The notes: generated by a model not told the origin, from the sequence alone. Counted from the first letter of the stretch, positions 33,001-35,051 are shown. The stretch is DNA of 64,000 nucleotides from Cenarchaeum sp. (GCA_963692915.1 OY843584.1:1088001-1152000), one strand, 5' to 3'. Translations and numbers: made by a program.

Positions 33001-34787
33001 TCACCATCGGGAACGGCCCCCTCGTTGTCGCGAAGCGCGCCGCCTGTGACGCCCTTTAGGTCCGGAAAGCCCGAGTATGCGACATTTACCCTGTCCGGAG
33101 TCGTAGACGAGCGAGTCGCGTGCGTGATCGTGATCGAGGAGACAGGCGCCGAGGGCAATATCGTGAGCGTGGCGGCCGCAGTCCCCCCTGCGCTGAGCGT
33201 CGAGATGACACGCTCTGTCTCGGTCTCGCCGACCGTGTCAGTCACCTCCCAGTCGCCGATCGCAGTCGTGCCAGCTACTGGCTGCGTGAACGTGACTACT
33301 GTCGTAGTCGGGTCGATGCTAGAGACGCCAGAGACAAAGGGCGGCTGCGTGTTTGTGGCAAGCGCGCTAGTCTGCGAGGCGACATCATCGCCGTCAGCGA
33401 CTGACTCGATGCCGGCCCCGCCAGAGGAGGGCACATAGCGCACGATGGGCGTCGCGGCAAGCGAAAAGGCGTTGGCATCAGGGACCGTGAGCACAAGGGA
33501 GACGCTGCCTGATATCGGGCCGGCCGACGCGGCGGCAAATGACTCTGTGTCTGTCGGCGTGGCTATGCGCGTGGCGGGCGTAGAGTCGACGAGCCACTCG
33601 GCGGCCGCAGGCGCGCTCAGCGTGCCGGTGAGGCGTATATGCTCGCCAAAGGTCACGCGTATCTCGGTGGGCGAGCGAATGGTGGCCTCAAAGCGCGGCG
33701 AGCCAAACGTCGCAGTCACGGTCCCGCCGTCAAATGACGGCGAGCCGTCGGCATAGTCTATCGAGTCAGGCAGCACGAGCGAATGGCCGGCCGGCGTCGT
33801 GACCGAGGCGCTCAGCGCCAGGTCGACAACGGTGGAGCTCGCCGCGGTGATAGCGGCAACAGGCGCGTCATACGCCACAGTGGAGCCGACAGGCGTAACC
33901 GATATGGTCGCAGGCAGTGTAGAGACGGAGACTGCCTCGGCAAAGGTGACGCGCAACAGGAGCGCGTCGACGAACTCGGCGGTGGCGACCTGCGAGGTCG
34001 CAGTAGCGCTCAGTGCGCTGGCGGCAGTCACGCCGTTGTGGTTTGCGGCTGCGCTCGGCAGCGTCACCGTGTACGTCGTGGATGGCAGAACGTCAGGAAT
34101 GCGGATTGTGAGCTTTGTGTTGCCGTCAAACTCGGCATCGAGGTGCACAAGCGTGCCTCCGGCCGGCGTGACAGATATTTGCAGGCCGGCAGCCATCGCA
34201 TCCGTGTCAAGCGTGGGGCCGCGCATCCGTTGCGTAAAGGTGAGCTCGATAGTGTCATGTGTCAAAAATAGCGCAGTCGGCGCAGTGGGAGCAGCAGTAT
34301 AGTATGTCGCCGTGACAGTCGTGGCATCTGTCGTGTTTGGCGTCGCGACGAGATCAGAGATCGACGGAACCGAGATCATCACCGACGCGCCGGCGGCGAG
34401 TGCCGGAGTGATGTTGAATGTGACCTGTTCGGGGTTTGTCGACGTGCTGTGGGCCTGACCCGAGGCCGTAAATGACGAAGTGCTCACGCTAAATGGGCCG
34501 GGCGGCGCGATGGCCTCGCTAAAGACGATCGTCACGGGGCTCACCGGTGTAGTGTCTGTGGTCGGCGCGCCGACAGTGACTGTCGAGACGACCGGTCCGG
34601 CGCCGTCTGCGGCAGTCGCCATCGCGCCGGCGGCGAGCGCATTGTCGGCCCGATCAAGGATCGGGTTTGCCGGCAGCGTCGCCACCTGGGCCGCCGCGTC
34701 GCTCCCGCCGAGTCCGGCAAGGAGCGTTATGGCAGCTAGCATAGCAATGCCCGTAGAGGACAACCTACTGTGGCTCAATTGGGCCAT
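1..34787 (-). CDS. Giant secreted surface/adhesin-like protein (>=11,595 aa, 3' end outside window) made of tandem Ig-like/SwmB-like repeats
   Basis: ATG at 34787 reads MAQLSHSRLSSTGIAMLAAITLLAGLGGSDAAAQVATLP; the same frame still reads TYRIASADITEAGE at position 3. The ORF track lists no stop-terminated ORF in this minus frame over 34.8 kb, which implies no in-frame stop. Recurrent motifs: DGxxPTFxA, TVTFSE, WxV, TPxVxYxxP, DxAGNAL. The start could be TTG at 34778 given TATA spacing. Confidence 0.93.
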   Translation of the reverse strand, partial: MAQLSHSRLSSTGIAMLAAITLLAGLGGSDAAAQVATLPANPILDRADNALAAGAMATAADGAGPVVSTVTVGAPTTDTTPVSPVTIVFSEAIAPPGPFSVSTSSFTASGQAHSTSTNPEQVTFNITPALAAGASVMISVPSISDLVATPNTTDATTVTATYYTAAPTAPTALFLTHDTIELTFTQRMRGPTLDTDAMAAGLQISVTPAGGTLVHLDAEFDGNTKLTIRIPDVLPSTTYTVTLPSAAANHNGVTAASALSATATSQVATAEFVDALLLRVTFAEAVSVSTLPATISVTPVGSTVAYDAPVAAITAASSTVVDLALSASVTTPAGHSLVLPDSIDYADGSPSFDGGTVTATFGSPRFEATIRSPTEIRVTFGEHIRLTGTLSAPAAAEWLVDSTPATRIATPTDTESFAAASAGPISGSVSLVLTVPDANAFSLAATPIVRYVPSSGGAGIESVADGDDVASQTSALATNTQPPFVSGVSSIDPTTTVVTFTQPVAGTTAIGDWEVTDTVGETETERVISTLSAGGTAAATLTILPSAPVSSITITHATRSSTTPDRVNVAYSGFPDLKGVTGGALRDNEGAVPDGDVERVPTVTFEAATASLTTTVVTLKSPSGADVTVDGRLAVGEWAVTDSAGEGDRSRVVTVLRVDDSNAAIVGTDYTIPESARALSFTITHAALSSTASVPTVKYTVASGSETGALADADDLAVGQDSVVASDGVSPTFGASISIVGGVHTVTVTFSEPVSMATGKTLPTIADWKFTGKNAADADITVSATSVVNTAFATAGTLAVVASNDATSGYPAFDQSKAITLTLDVPSDGESARANSIVDMADNAVADTSSAVVIDTMMPTFTAETARLDRTEITFSELVTGTARVADWTVAGVAVTGVATAVDSDGAATQTLTNARTLFLVHAELDSTAARPSVAYEITDAATSLADVNDNDLEVTGDSPVTAADGLDPTLVRATFDSAGVVLSILFSEPINVNTGSLSHGISSVNAPVPTFSIAGVPGGTFRGDPVPADTLILNYQPPGISNAAEGTMYTLTLASTTAMPAIADAHSNGTTDDITAPVVRDTTAPTVTLTLASQDTLRLEYSEALADETVPSALGVTIGTAASVNLPAEFVAPDTILITLPSAAARDVSHAVTIAGITDANGVAGPGSASLTPTVTVTVGEVAGRGASEVSLAFAGSTPDPTTLPNRPSTTPPFGDLAVVTADGESYRADVIAAATDGSTLTVALRADASTPSSQTITIPSTVRTYVASDPDPSDNVLLLGGDYDVMTGAIPTFGATLTSPTAITVTFSDSMSGTTTPGQWILDLTPSTFPGGLGDTASHIVPSGATLAAGGASLAITLGAASALPADATPVVRYLGADGTPRTSGLSSDAGALRVLTSAVGVADFVDTTALTITATAGVFVDEDDNDSTPKTAKMGQSARVANVGEDIVITASLNEPASAASEPMITILGSTVDMVAAAGSAHRTVWTHTHTVGVDDASGTVEFDIVARDGAAPSVDVTADETNVTAGTISIPATPTISAVTSSSTLTVITFTSAVTGSSAPSEWTVDGSLDGEPAGPATGIAAGEVDAVTAGAAAVSITSDKITLLHEPISTASLPTITYAATAGGLSPATGRTVSAATATATDGAPPDYIAVRTGTGADLEHTITFTEGAELVATKTLPTHEDWQFVGLNNLDATIRVPALSAGYAIDLVTADTVTLSPRATGNHGYDDFKADTPISIEFDAVDVNRELSIADAQGNAVSDGTLAVISSAPTISSVRLTSPTSVTVSFSDTLDGKTARGEWSVDGDEPDSVTAGLQTTTGPGSITITAAVRSITLTLADKDEQDDDAMPVVMYTRPTGAGANSLANAADLPLLSTPAGGIVAADGIAPTIESALFVDADTITVTFSEDVTNVTDIEGDDGWSVTRGVTSLDLESASRTADSEYTIELEDAAQAGLTYTINAANAIKDRATPMANNIGASASTTATYNAPPTIMGATLDAPTTVTVTFSGTLDGETDANEWRVDNVAPASVDAGGSPVDAGSTLTIGTATMTLTLTLASAQAVDATPVVTYTRPTAGQDPNSLDSTADVALESTIAPHITALDRIAPTILSATLDSSTQVTATMSETVTGTITGSEWNISTGITFDSGTVSGTTVTLTRDATNRLPSTAVATGAVLAHTGTGSIVDASSNALAPTATSATFTDNAAPELADTGSLFMLRAVPNPGSAPTYSSNPASAGHVAWVLIKPSETLYVGGSAIPIGSGNPASQTYTPSAASADITFFPGTPSSATALGAGQSGETTRIYNYSHAVTASSPEGNITFMLTVRDAVGNESMFTHEDLTEDSSIPRTRSGDTAGVLIDDGGYRVRVEVRDPEVLSSAFSAPNTFVITFREHLKDGTVPSTTSSYPMTSGSSAVGLTGTADYAEQDVTSTVTLTLASNSAPNVSHTVELPDGIQDDSDNMIAAAATASATRMVSDTRAPTASSLVFTVYDGTPDSGTLKTGESALHASDGDTIRLVLKLDEDAAGTPMIVVNGRTAAEGTAMDDNDDDLATTWRYDLPVTSSSGEAAFTFTITAADAGGNSEPITQAAGLSTGVTVSVPTIDLTAPTAEADFTAIRKVAITLDEALANTALDIAGYTFGVTVPDTSSGGTTKAVSLDSSNPPAYDATALTITLTLADDATLNIVHTITLPTLLADLAGNAFASPATVTATYAPDSTAPTFSASLTSADTVTIEFDENVSGTTAPGEWTVAGSTVSAVTPSSPSSVDEIVLTLDAARPSTGLEDPDGTGSLTAFTAANVVYTRPAADSATASNTLADGVGNDLVATASGTATATAVTDSVAPTARAVFFGDAIAILFSEPVNNMPSSLQVTTPASTTGGVTVAHSDGEIRVAVPISPPTAGEYSVALSTDITDVSGNELATASVMATYAVDTTAPTFGATLTSADTVTITFSDPVVGATAFGEWAVAGSTVRTVTPSSPFGDTEIVLTLDAARPSTGLEDPDGTDSLTAITTANVVYTRPSTGTSTIQNSAMLYLVDSAGGTATAATVTDGAPPMFTVERPLTDAVTNVHTVTFSEPVLHATGKTLPTEDDWTFSGRAPGASTDTSVTADSVVYDMPSQLATAMLDVRRFDVYSQFSLDTIVLTLDAQADGRVDSIVDTAGNALADGTFSAVEDTTPPTFTPLTRSLEHTRIHFTEPLVGTVRATDWSISDGSAPLAITGVTLDTGTPLPAITIGSGGAASMLLTHASLQSTGSTPEVSYVQPTLTDQEMAMGQALLADKAGNLVGSTLDSPVVAADGVGPVPVEGSFTASNTVEVIFSEAVIRPTDKPLSVTLNGIEATTGTAPESTEMAPNPFDPPGAVHGPDTGLRFTLADHVVDGTYALVLSDIRDAAMNIITANTAVPGGAEYDSLPMATVISFAVYGDTDTDGSGTADTLNLLTIKSGASALHAMADNTIRLALTLDKDVATAPSVTVPGMGRTPTATPMGNAGDADASTWHHDIIVGATTVETSSTAPFTFSITVGNNPVPITQDTMLAGGITFSVPTIDRTAPTLTTTAFSGTSIVLTFSETVVSPTTLTVTPPSGASDAMARNTMPVGAVVTVLDATYAPGAYSVALPSTLTDLAGNAYADAAATGTYDAPPRATEISFEVYDDTDTDGSGTGDTLELSTLKSGASALQAAAGDTIRLLLTLGEDASGTPEIDVGGLTDQSMVNTGGSDASTWHYDLAVSATTPETSSVAPFDFTIDVEDAAGIDGQITAEDGHTGDITVELPTVDRTAPTLDAAMPAFFRGTSIVITFNEVIVTPDTFTVNVAPPLTSGVQQQNRGAIAEGAVLTVDAMANLAGSWAVQLTSVITDLAGNALVAVVSETTYTPDTTAPTFSATLTSADTVTIRFDEDVRGTTAPEEWIVAGSAVSTVEPSSTSSPSSVREITLTLATERATTDLSDPDGASGLTALSATSVVYTRPATGTTTASNTITDLSGNDLAAAGSRAMSTAVTDEANPRLDRAVFATDGNGMTLTFTETLATLPSGLTFALSSVVTGAPIPTVGVVTASGSTITLPLASSVSSADDGTLYALTIGGGTIEDVNGNAFEDSVSATYDTTPPTFRAAFSGDRTIVLTFNELLAQRTVVAGNFGVTVPNSTQGGSPVSVALASTGAVTYDADALTVTLLLAGDATRGVAHTITPTSLLTNAAYLPYGGAGVAVTLPLTDTIGPAFTASLTSASTVTIDFGEPVNGVTAPDEWRVAGLTVSTVTPSAPSSVEEIVLTLSASRVGTALADPDGTGPLVAITPANVVYTRPATVPGTVSNTITDASGNDIAAAGEMATATAVSDKAPPTFTAKTLELDATTITFSEPVDGTIRAVDWSFTEGQDGTKMTANGIDSATATLLTASSTGSVNINHPTLASSASTPDFAYDASTALDAGQVRLADASGNTMLSTGDTPVRAADGIEPKPQVGRFTSAFIAEILFDDAVVLQGDEGLEISLSSGTVAQTGTASASFDPEDEGYGPDTGLRFPLAGGVATGSAFILRVTGTTDSLGNDALTAVRVPGTVEYVPLPAIDAVLTSASTMRIDFSRSVSGTTAPGEWKVGGSTVRTVVPTMLETARSVLLTFEQPRPSTGLTDPDGSSGDLTAINRSTVSYTRPSEGANVLSNAGGTPLVGKGEALMARSVTDRAPPVVDRAEFILGGASVRMTFSESLAALTPGGVTFVLTGSAGATALTAGTVTVAGNTVTFTVAPGASSSPDGTMYTLGIMGEGSIIDPSSNAYVENPASLPAVTYDTTAPTFTAKITGARTIVLTFDDALAPETVVAGNFGVTVPDGIDADALPDAVALASTDPVAYDANALTVTLTLAEDASSATHTVTPTSRLANAAYLPYADAGVAATRAQPVIVAATLDTPTSVTVTFSVALDGSTARTAWTVADQRPDSVTAGLLTTAGDAAITITSATDTITLTLASAQAADATPDVAYTDAAGGLLDPNDVALRPTGANPVEAADGIAPSIESATFTEPNMITVTFTEPVTEVTAGWSLTDTVGSLDVDTADHSGSTYTLELDGNAVDGRSYTVNAPGTIADVATVPNTIVAGETETATYNAPPTITLAELVTPTSVTVEFSDDLDGSTARMAWTVAGQQPDSVTAGLLTTVGDAAITITSATDTITLTLASAQAADATPDVAYTDAAGGLLDPDDVALRPTGANPVEAADKVRPSIESAEFTAADTIEVTFTEDVTEVTTGWTADGGLTVSNAALVVGDATTYTLTVSGATDGTEYTISAPGTIMDEAATPNTIVAGDEADATYTAPDMTAPVASSIAFEVYDGTPAPATLKTGDSALSASNGDTIRLILTLNENAAGTPTIEVPGRTAAGTAMGDNGDALATTWHHDLLVMSSWTEAAYTFTIAAADAAGNTSPIMQAAGLDTGVTVTVPTIDLTAPTATAEFTAARTLVITAGEALLNTQAQVEGYTFGVTVPDADSDGSPDAVPLATANPSASPPVKPVAYDATARTITLTLAADAAEVEHTVTLPAGLADLAGNAFATGATASATYAAPATFEAATRSLTTTLVTFHGGTLAGTLDVTDWTVTDNDTGSADVVLTPSRVATASAGGVATATAATAGSPIAIPDASTATRLLITHGALSSTGATPRVAYADGDLKEGGTGGSDVDDGGTEATDRVRPVIGVVHITGPTSMLVQFSEPMAGSTRLNSWIIRDEESSSSTFPSVQGLSLPDKPAALTLSIPPSSPSSEIVIVHALLSSTQIGYYEGKRERDHGATLQYTDTALTDVAGNALRVGAERLVVPNERMLDRAGPEAYTVNLDVSRARLPAADPSVGYGTLLVKAGDTVTVRPEIPSYTPNGPDDPDCRLPEPQCADPPYAIASAKVKYFDDDTSRPLSYDAANDNWTHTLTVTTGIPEGQLVPVFTTVDIPVGNEATFTRGADCTRDANTRAHACVNDSGNNDINEARFAALWPIVDHNPPTVVSATMTSTTTTTVEFNEIVRFNGGTAAERAGHWAIKNAGAQAATGSVSISGTVMTMSHAPLPTGATPTLEYALGTSAAGRVIDRIDRELAAITPQSPVMVADSVPPTLVSVLQQLPTRTIHATFSEALDASTVSGTTVYLEAGDTTSTGRTTPVAGVTVAPVTGSPEIVALTLPLAAADAQYTLRATTDIGDASPASNSPAADLVGTVTVDTMVPLATAISYTVLEADSMGALSARAAPYSNYARAGDTIRLTVTLNQDAVEPPTILLDGKTDDPGTTADDANTVTMTRVAAGDETRWTVDYLVLAGAGEPADGTFEFMMSVSDEAMPTPNMTVVTGSAGHVPSYAAPTRPITDRVAPTLVSAKSTTTSDVMLTFNEALTGTVSRTDLSLSGATSGNPAKIITSSGAEADSYTLSGLPLSFTLRHDELGHTGGGVLVAYTASATRLFDVAGNELATFSATPAADTVRPTVRSASFEIGGGAILATFSEAMGTPAASWVGIDAALGTLGDVTLDETRTRLRAEVGTAAMANTIYTITITTSAADDAAVPNTLATMAVYLLDGPPVSLGITSMDVRVLREASPNDDVENLVARTGAHAQHAMAGDTIEISVVLDTAAQAGDDHSPRASFLGGVAAGMDEVTSGSPAPAARTAWTARHTVAAADAEGPAGFEVSAVRTRSVTNSISGDAEDVMTTGIATQEAITGAAGNAIIDTTAPAVAGARFAGASAILVEFGEPITAAPATVSVSSPDGDDPDTDADVADAAVTHVPPSRSLSLAVTQASDGDTYSAMLPATILDRAGNALVAVSRAVTFSDGPYVTGARTLDATRTLVTFSETVGGTAVSLEWTLTEGSTRVAVDGIAAGEAASVATATTTQITGSPTSITLLHDALSSTAATPTVEFVRSGVASMTDAAGADPLLGTSAPLPVAVDGAPPTFTAMFDGATTIIVEFSEDVTEVTAGWSASGGLSVSDVDFDDDDTYTLTVSGATDGTEYTISAPGTIKDKATPTANTIGADAEADATYTEPGPFTAATASLTTTLVAFDGGALAGTLDVTDWTVTDNDTGSADAELIISSVATAAGGVATATVATPETSAGADDAVTPSIPSSPAATQLLITHAPLSSTAATPRVAYADGDLKEGGTGGSDVDDGGTEAADGVPPVPAVGRFTASNIVEILFGEAVVQPDGERLTVSSVAGTVIGTAVTTGSVDNAGDLFDPADEGYGPGTGLRFTLAAPVAEGTYALTLSEIEDAADNSLDDNTRVGGDTYVAAYDVPPRAETISFEVHTSAPGADTLKAGDYPLHARMGETVRLLLTLDEDVSDTPTIDVAGTTGASMDDRGDGDASTWRYDLLVSATTTEGELDFEITAANADGVSVPITPTAGHVGAAPAPLPTIDRTAPTLVSAAFSGASLVITFSENVVSPATLQLTPPAPGMAGPRAADASGAAVTVTALPAEGGTYSVALAGVTDRAGNAYAGAAATAPYDAPPLATAMSFTVFNGPASFGHTKSGASELHARLTDTVRILLTLNEAITARPVLTGTGVSNVQMNAVQGDTTMWTYDLSVGAATPEGTLALSISVTDGTVTGTITTASGMVAESGFATGSMADDLPVVDKTQPTLQDAEFVDNDIVLTFDEDVTIGGGGLLVTPPSGGFVEYVATASGMTVTVEVGASVEGGYIIYVTSAIQDLAGNVFAPVQRTVEYTAPVADPFTAATRSLTTTLVTFDGGALAGTLDVTDWTVTDNDTADSMDAELVISSVATVAASGSVTATPETAPDAGDAATPTIPSSPEATQLLITHNALSSTAATPRVDYADGDLKEGGASGTSVADGGADATDGAPPTFTVHEATEAEEALVGVTDDDGRALYAVYAARMSEAMDAADFAATPAGADGQWAVTLGTATAAVDRVAHAAAADPVPDRVIIRSSSTFTPLFPIPEGSPTLTYTASGALALADAAGVAMASPTRAAVTPAPVVPPFAAETRSATTTIVTFDGGDLGGALAVADWSIMESGGVGTRLVALVVETVTTDPAESVRSNTVGTPHGAPVASVTIGADPAVTQILITHTQISTAATPTVLYRGTGLTEGGTAVTLGDAVAADGAPPTFEAELASASTVRIIFSERVDGTTAQGEWAVAGSTVNSVVPASPSRATEVVLTLASARAGTDLGGLDASGVTYTRPTVGTNTIQDDADNHLATNAGDTVTAEHVTDKIAPTATVTATVRLEGDGADHATVTTAGIGDDVRVNVVASEPLVTAVGDIALFGTSTDADSVDTAAGNAYSYVRTIADSDANGPLAFTLTISDSEGNETTLTQADVTGTNVVVDSDAPTFSAELTSASTVKITFTENVEGTTAFGEWEVAGSAPASLSLTEDGAAVTGDLQTTTATDTLYITLAAARASTDLGGLAASGVTYAPRGTGALADTADNAFVTVNSMVEATAVTDKATPTFEAEFDGATTIIVEFSENVTEETGFSSASGDWSVTGLAVSGVDHTDDEYELTVSAATSGTEYTINLADDIADLAVPANAIGDGAMTTATYTAAPAPMATVVAYTVLDGSTANARPDPYASHAREDDTIRLSITLDGEATSVSVLFVGKTDAADAVTMTQVTGTNEWRATYVVESAGSIDGAFTFDATVTAASGETRPVDETTLSATTPPTIDRDAPTATVTASVRLEDATADSSTVTLAGIDDDIRVNVAAGETLVTAVSDIALFGTSTAADSVDTAAGNMYSYVRTIAASDADGALAFSLTIRDTAGNEATYTQADLEGTNVTVDSDAPTLSSAATATTGMLTVTLSEAVTGAGVATEWSAEDGATEAMISGVDVSGSTVTLTYATIADTSFAPTVEYTGTDIVDAARNAIALDSATSAATVAATDALRPEIMSATFTAADKISVTFSEAVTSDLTTGPEGWSVVVGSASLTVSNVGFASPTYTLTVSDVVPGTEYTINAADMIDDIVTPTANRVLSTESDTATYTAPDTSEPVASSILFEVHDGAPGADTLKSGDSALRASDGDTIRLILTLNEDAAGTPTIEVDGRTAAGTAMDNNGDTLATTWRHDLLVTSSWTEAAYAFTIMAADAANNSEPITQDAGLGAGVTVTVPTIDLTAPTATAGFTAARTLVITAGEALLNTQAQVEGYTFGVTVPDTDSDGVAEDVLLATADPAARPPVKPVDYDATARTITLTLAADADAVEHTVTLPAGLADLAGNAFATGATASATYTAPADTTPPTFSASLTSATTVTITFTEDVDGTTAPAEWTVAGSTVSAVTPSSPSSVDEIVLTLSASRAGTALADPDGDGPLEEITTASVVYARPAADSATASNTLADGAGNDLAAAGMTATATAVADGAPPTARAAFLGSAIVILFSEPVNGVPDTLALTPPAGSTVTAGPTGTDHTDNTDRATVAISSPAAGGYSVALPAGIDDASDNALAAAPVTATYAEDTSAPTFSAELTSAQTVRITFNEAVFGVTAGSEWAVAGSTVRTAVPSSPFDATEIVLTLDPARPYTSLDDPDGAGDLAEITAASVAYTRPSTGDDTLRNSAELRLAAAAGSTSATAVTDKAPPTFTARTLTTTMMAVTFSETMRNTGSADAGATFRAVGHWAVDGAPPSALTAENVTRDGATYTVFTLTVATLGVDDMPTVTYTRPASSYLADAVKAGSSSTDPAENNPVMDGESAIASDGIAATIVDPFTAATASLTTTLVTFNGAALAGTLDVDDWTVTENDATDSADNVALTTLSVATALSGVATTTVATPAVQGGASEQTPVIPSTPDVTQLLITHDPLSSTAATPNVAYTKPDDRPTGGFLAEGTSEVATRGTAATDGAPPTFTVERPLTGTASPVHTVTFSETVSMATGKTLPTEADWTFSGRNLGDTADATLGAATATVDLDAGTATVVPAAGVGRFDPSYNIFNADRPITLTLDVPSDGETARAGSLVDAAGNALADGTSSAVEDTTPPAFTARTQAPGRTALSFAEPIVGTARAADWSVSDGGSTPTVTSVNLPGGAPMGADTTGPRGELTVILHHGDLPSTASTPEVSYVRPAESDLAMGQALLADRVGNAVDSTGMSPVTAADGAPPAPVEGSFTAANAVEVIFSEAVVRPTTLPLSVTANGAEVTTGTAPESTATAPNPFDPPGTEHGPNTGLRFALHDSVATGTYALILSGIDDEGGNGLTANTAVPGGAKFGAPPRADSISFEVHTSAPGTNTLKGGDYALHAKEGETIRLLLTLDEDASGTPRIDVGGLTDKPMTNTGGSVDTTWHYDLAVSDTTPEGALDFTITAADAADASVPITPTAGHVGAAPTELPTIDRTAPTLVSAAFSARSLVITFSENVVSPAMLQLTPPAPGVAGPRDADAQDTVLTVTALPVEGGSYSVALATVTDRAGNAYAGAAATATYDAPPLATAMSFTVYDGLASAGVEKSGDSELYAKLNDDVSIRLTLNEAITERPRLSGAGVTNIAMNAVSGDANAWTYDLPVGVSAPEGTMALSISVTDGTVSGTITTASGSVAESGFATGSTADAVPIVDKVAPTFVSSAFAGNDIVLTFSENVTVTGDIMVTPPSGVPTPYGATASGMTVTVDVNASADGDYAVSIPATVLDLAGNALVAVAETVAYTADMPDTTAPTFSATLTSADTVTIMFTEAVSGTTAPAEWTVAGSTVSSVTPSSPSSVDEIVLTLSASRAGTALADPDGAGPLEEITTANVVYARPAADSATASNTLADGAGNDLVATAGSRATATAVADGAPPTARAAFLGSAIVILFSEPVNGVPDTLAVTPGGALNADHADNTDRATVTISSPSDGEYSVALPAGIDDSSDNALAAVSVTATYAEDTSAPTFSAELTSADTVRITFNEAVFGVTAGSEWAVAGSTVRTAVPSSPFDATEIVLTLEAARPSTSLADPDGDGDLTAITAASVAYTRPSTGDDTLRNSAELYLAAAAGSTSATAVTDKAPPTFTARTSTTAMIDVTFSETLRNTGDAAVNAAFRAVGNWDVDGAPPSGLNAANVTQGGATHTVFTLTVATLGVDDMPTVTYTRPASSYLADTVNAKPSHLDPVENNPVMDGASAIAADGITATVAADPFTAATASLTTTLVTFTGAALEGTLDVDDWTVTENDAANAVDNVALTTLSVATAVGGVATMTVATPVVSGGAAEQTPVIPSTPDVTQLLITHDPLSSTAATPQVAYAKPGIEPAGGFLAEGTSDLDTRDTAATDGVPPTFTATFDDATTITVEFSENVTGETGFEASDGWTVTGLTVSDVDHTDNEYTLTVSAATSGTEYTINLADDIEDLATSANVIGDGAMTKATYTYVPFTAATRSLTTTLVTFTGDALRGTLDVDDWTVTDNDTADSMNVEHTPSSVATAEADGTPTATAATADTPIAIPDDSTATRLLITHPALSSTTATPQVAYTKPDMRPAGGFFAEGTSDIATRDTAATDSAPLIFGARLTSSSTIALDFSETVVGVPYAPDWTVGGQAIGSISSADGLVLTLGAARATDLTSSPALTPSSIVYTPPASLPFRDATDNTIPTSPSTLTDDAPPTFTGAQFTSPTTIEITTSEAISASPVGTFTVSALPGLTDTLTVSTSTLPLFDATLNTITLTVAAATESTTYRIASADITEAGE
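1215..7200. repeat. ~1.8-kb internal duplication in the giant gene (about 1215-3010 vs 5390-7200)
   Basis: Long near-identical stretches, e.g. gatcgtgcgtgatgaggagctgcgtgacgtctggggttgacgggatcaccggcgtc at 1355 and 5531 (offset 4176, in frame). Confidence 0.9.
3030..13050. repeat. ~1.3-kb internal duplication (about 3030-4320 vs 11760-13050)
   Basis: Shared segments such as gtcgcaaagcccgactcggccacc and gagacgacgttctcgctgaacgtgatgacaagcgag in both copies. Confidence 0.85.
8530..10240. repeat. ~350-bp near-identical internal repeat (about 8530-8890 vs 9890-10240)
   Basis: gtgcgcacgtacgagtac...ttgcccgccgcagtgtccaccgagtcggcg...gacgtcccaaagagcgcaatgtcgc present in both. Confidence 0.85.
19126..20090. 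repeat. Near-identical tandem module, period 618 bp
   Basis: gcggcctcgaccgggtttgcgcccgtcgggcgcagcgcgacgtcg... near 19175 and 19793; the minus shadow ORFs starting at 19404 and 20022 are near-identical. Confidence 0.9.
34689..34787 (-). other. Sec-type signal peptide of the giant protein
   Basis: Basic n-region (H,R), hydrophobic IAMLAAITLLAGL, and AAA-Q cleavage motif after residue 33. Confidence 0.75.
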
Positions 34788-34803
34788 TCGGGCGCGCGTT
34801 AGG

Positions 34804-34811
34804 TTATAAGC
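34804..34811 (-). promoter_or_regulatory. TATA box of the giant gene
   Basis: CTTATAA on the minus strand just upstream of the start, in an otherwise GC-rich context. Confidence 0.6.
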
Positions 34812-34820
34812 ATAGTGGCA

Positions 34821-34991
34821 GAAAATAGCGCGATCAGGGCATGATCGCGCCCCCCCCCCCCCCCCCCCAATTTTGGGCGGTGAATGTAGGCGGGCAAGAC
34901 GCCAAACTGTCAAGTCGGCCCAGGGCTGGGCATCGGGCCGGCGCAGGCCGACAGGTCGGCAGGAGTCCCGTGTCGCACTTTTGCGCAGGGC
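34821..34991. repeat. ~165-bp element, copy 1: palindrome plus C19 tract
   Basis: gcgcgatca-gggca-tgatcgcgc perfect inverted repeat (34828-34850), C19 (34850-34868), then aattttggg...aggagtcccgtgtcgcactttt; matches 38628-38790. Confidence 0.92.
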
Positions 34992-35051
34992 GAGTCGGAC
35001 AAGCCAATCATCGATCGCAAAAAAAGCGGCGGCCGTGCCGGCGCAGAAATC

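Noticed and set aside
1-34787. CRISPR-like recurrence of short DNA motifs such as tcgctgaacgtga
   Set aside because: These encode the TFSE/PTF repeat motifs, are degenerate, and recur about every 300-350 bp rather than as repeat-spacer units
16-34809. Dozens of plus-strand ORFs up to 636 aa (Val/Ser/Ala-rich or Arg-rich)
   Set aside because: They are antisense shadows of the giant minus-strand gene, caused by its GC-rich biased codons, and show no protein-like motifs
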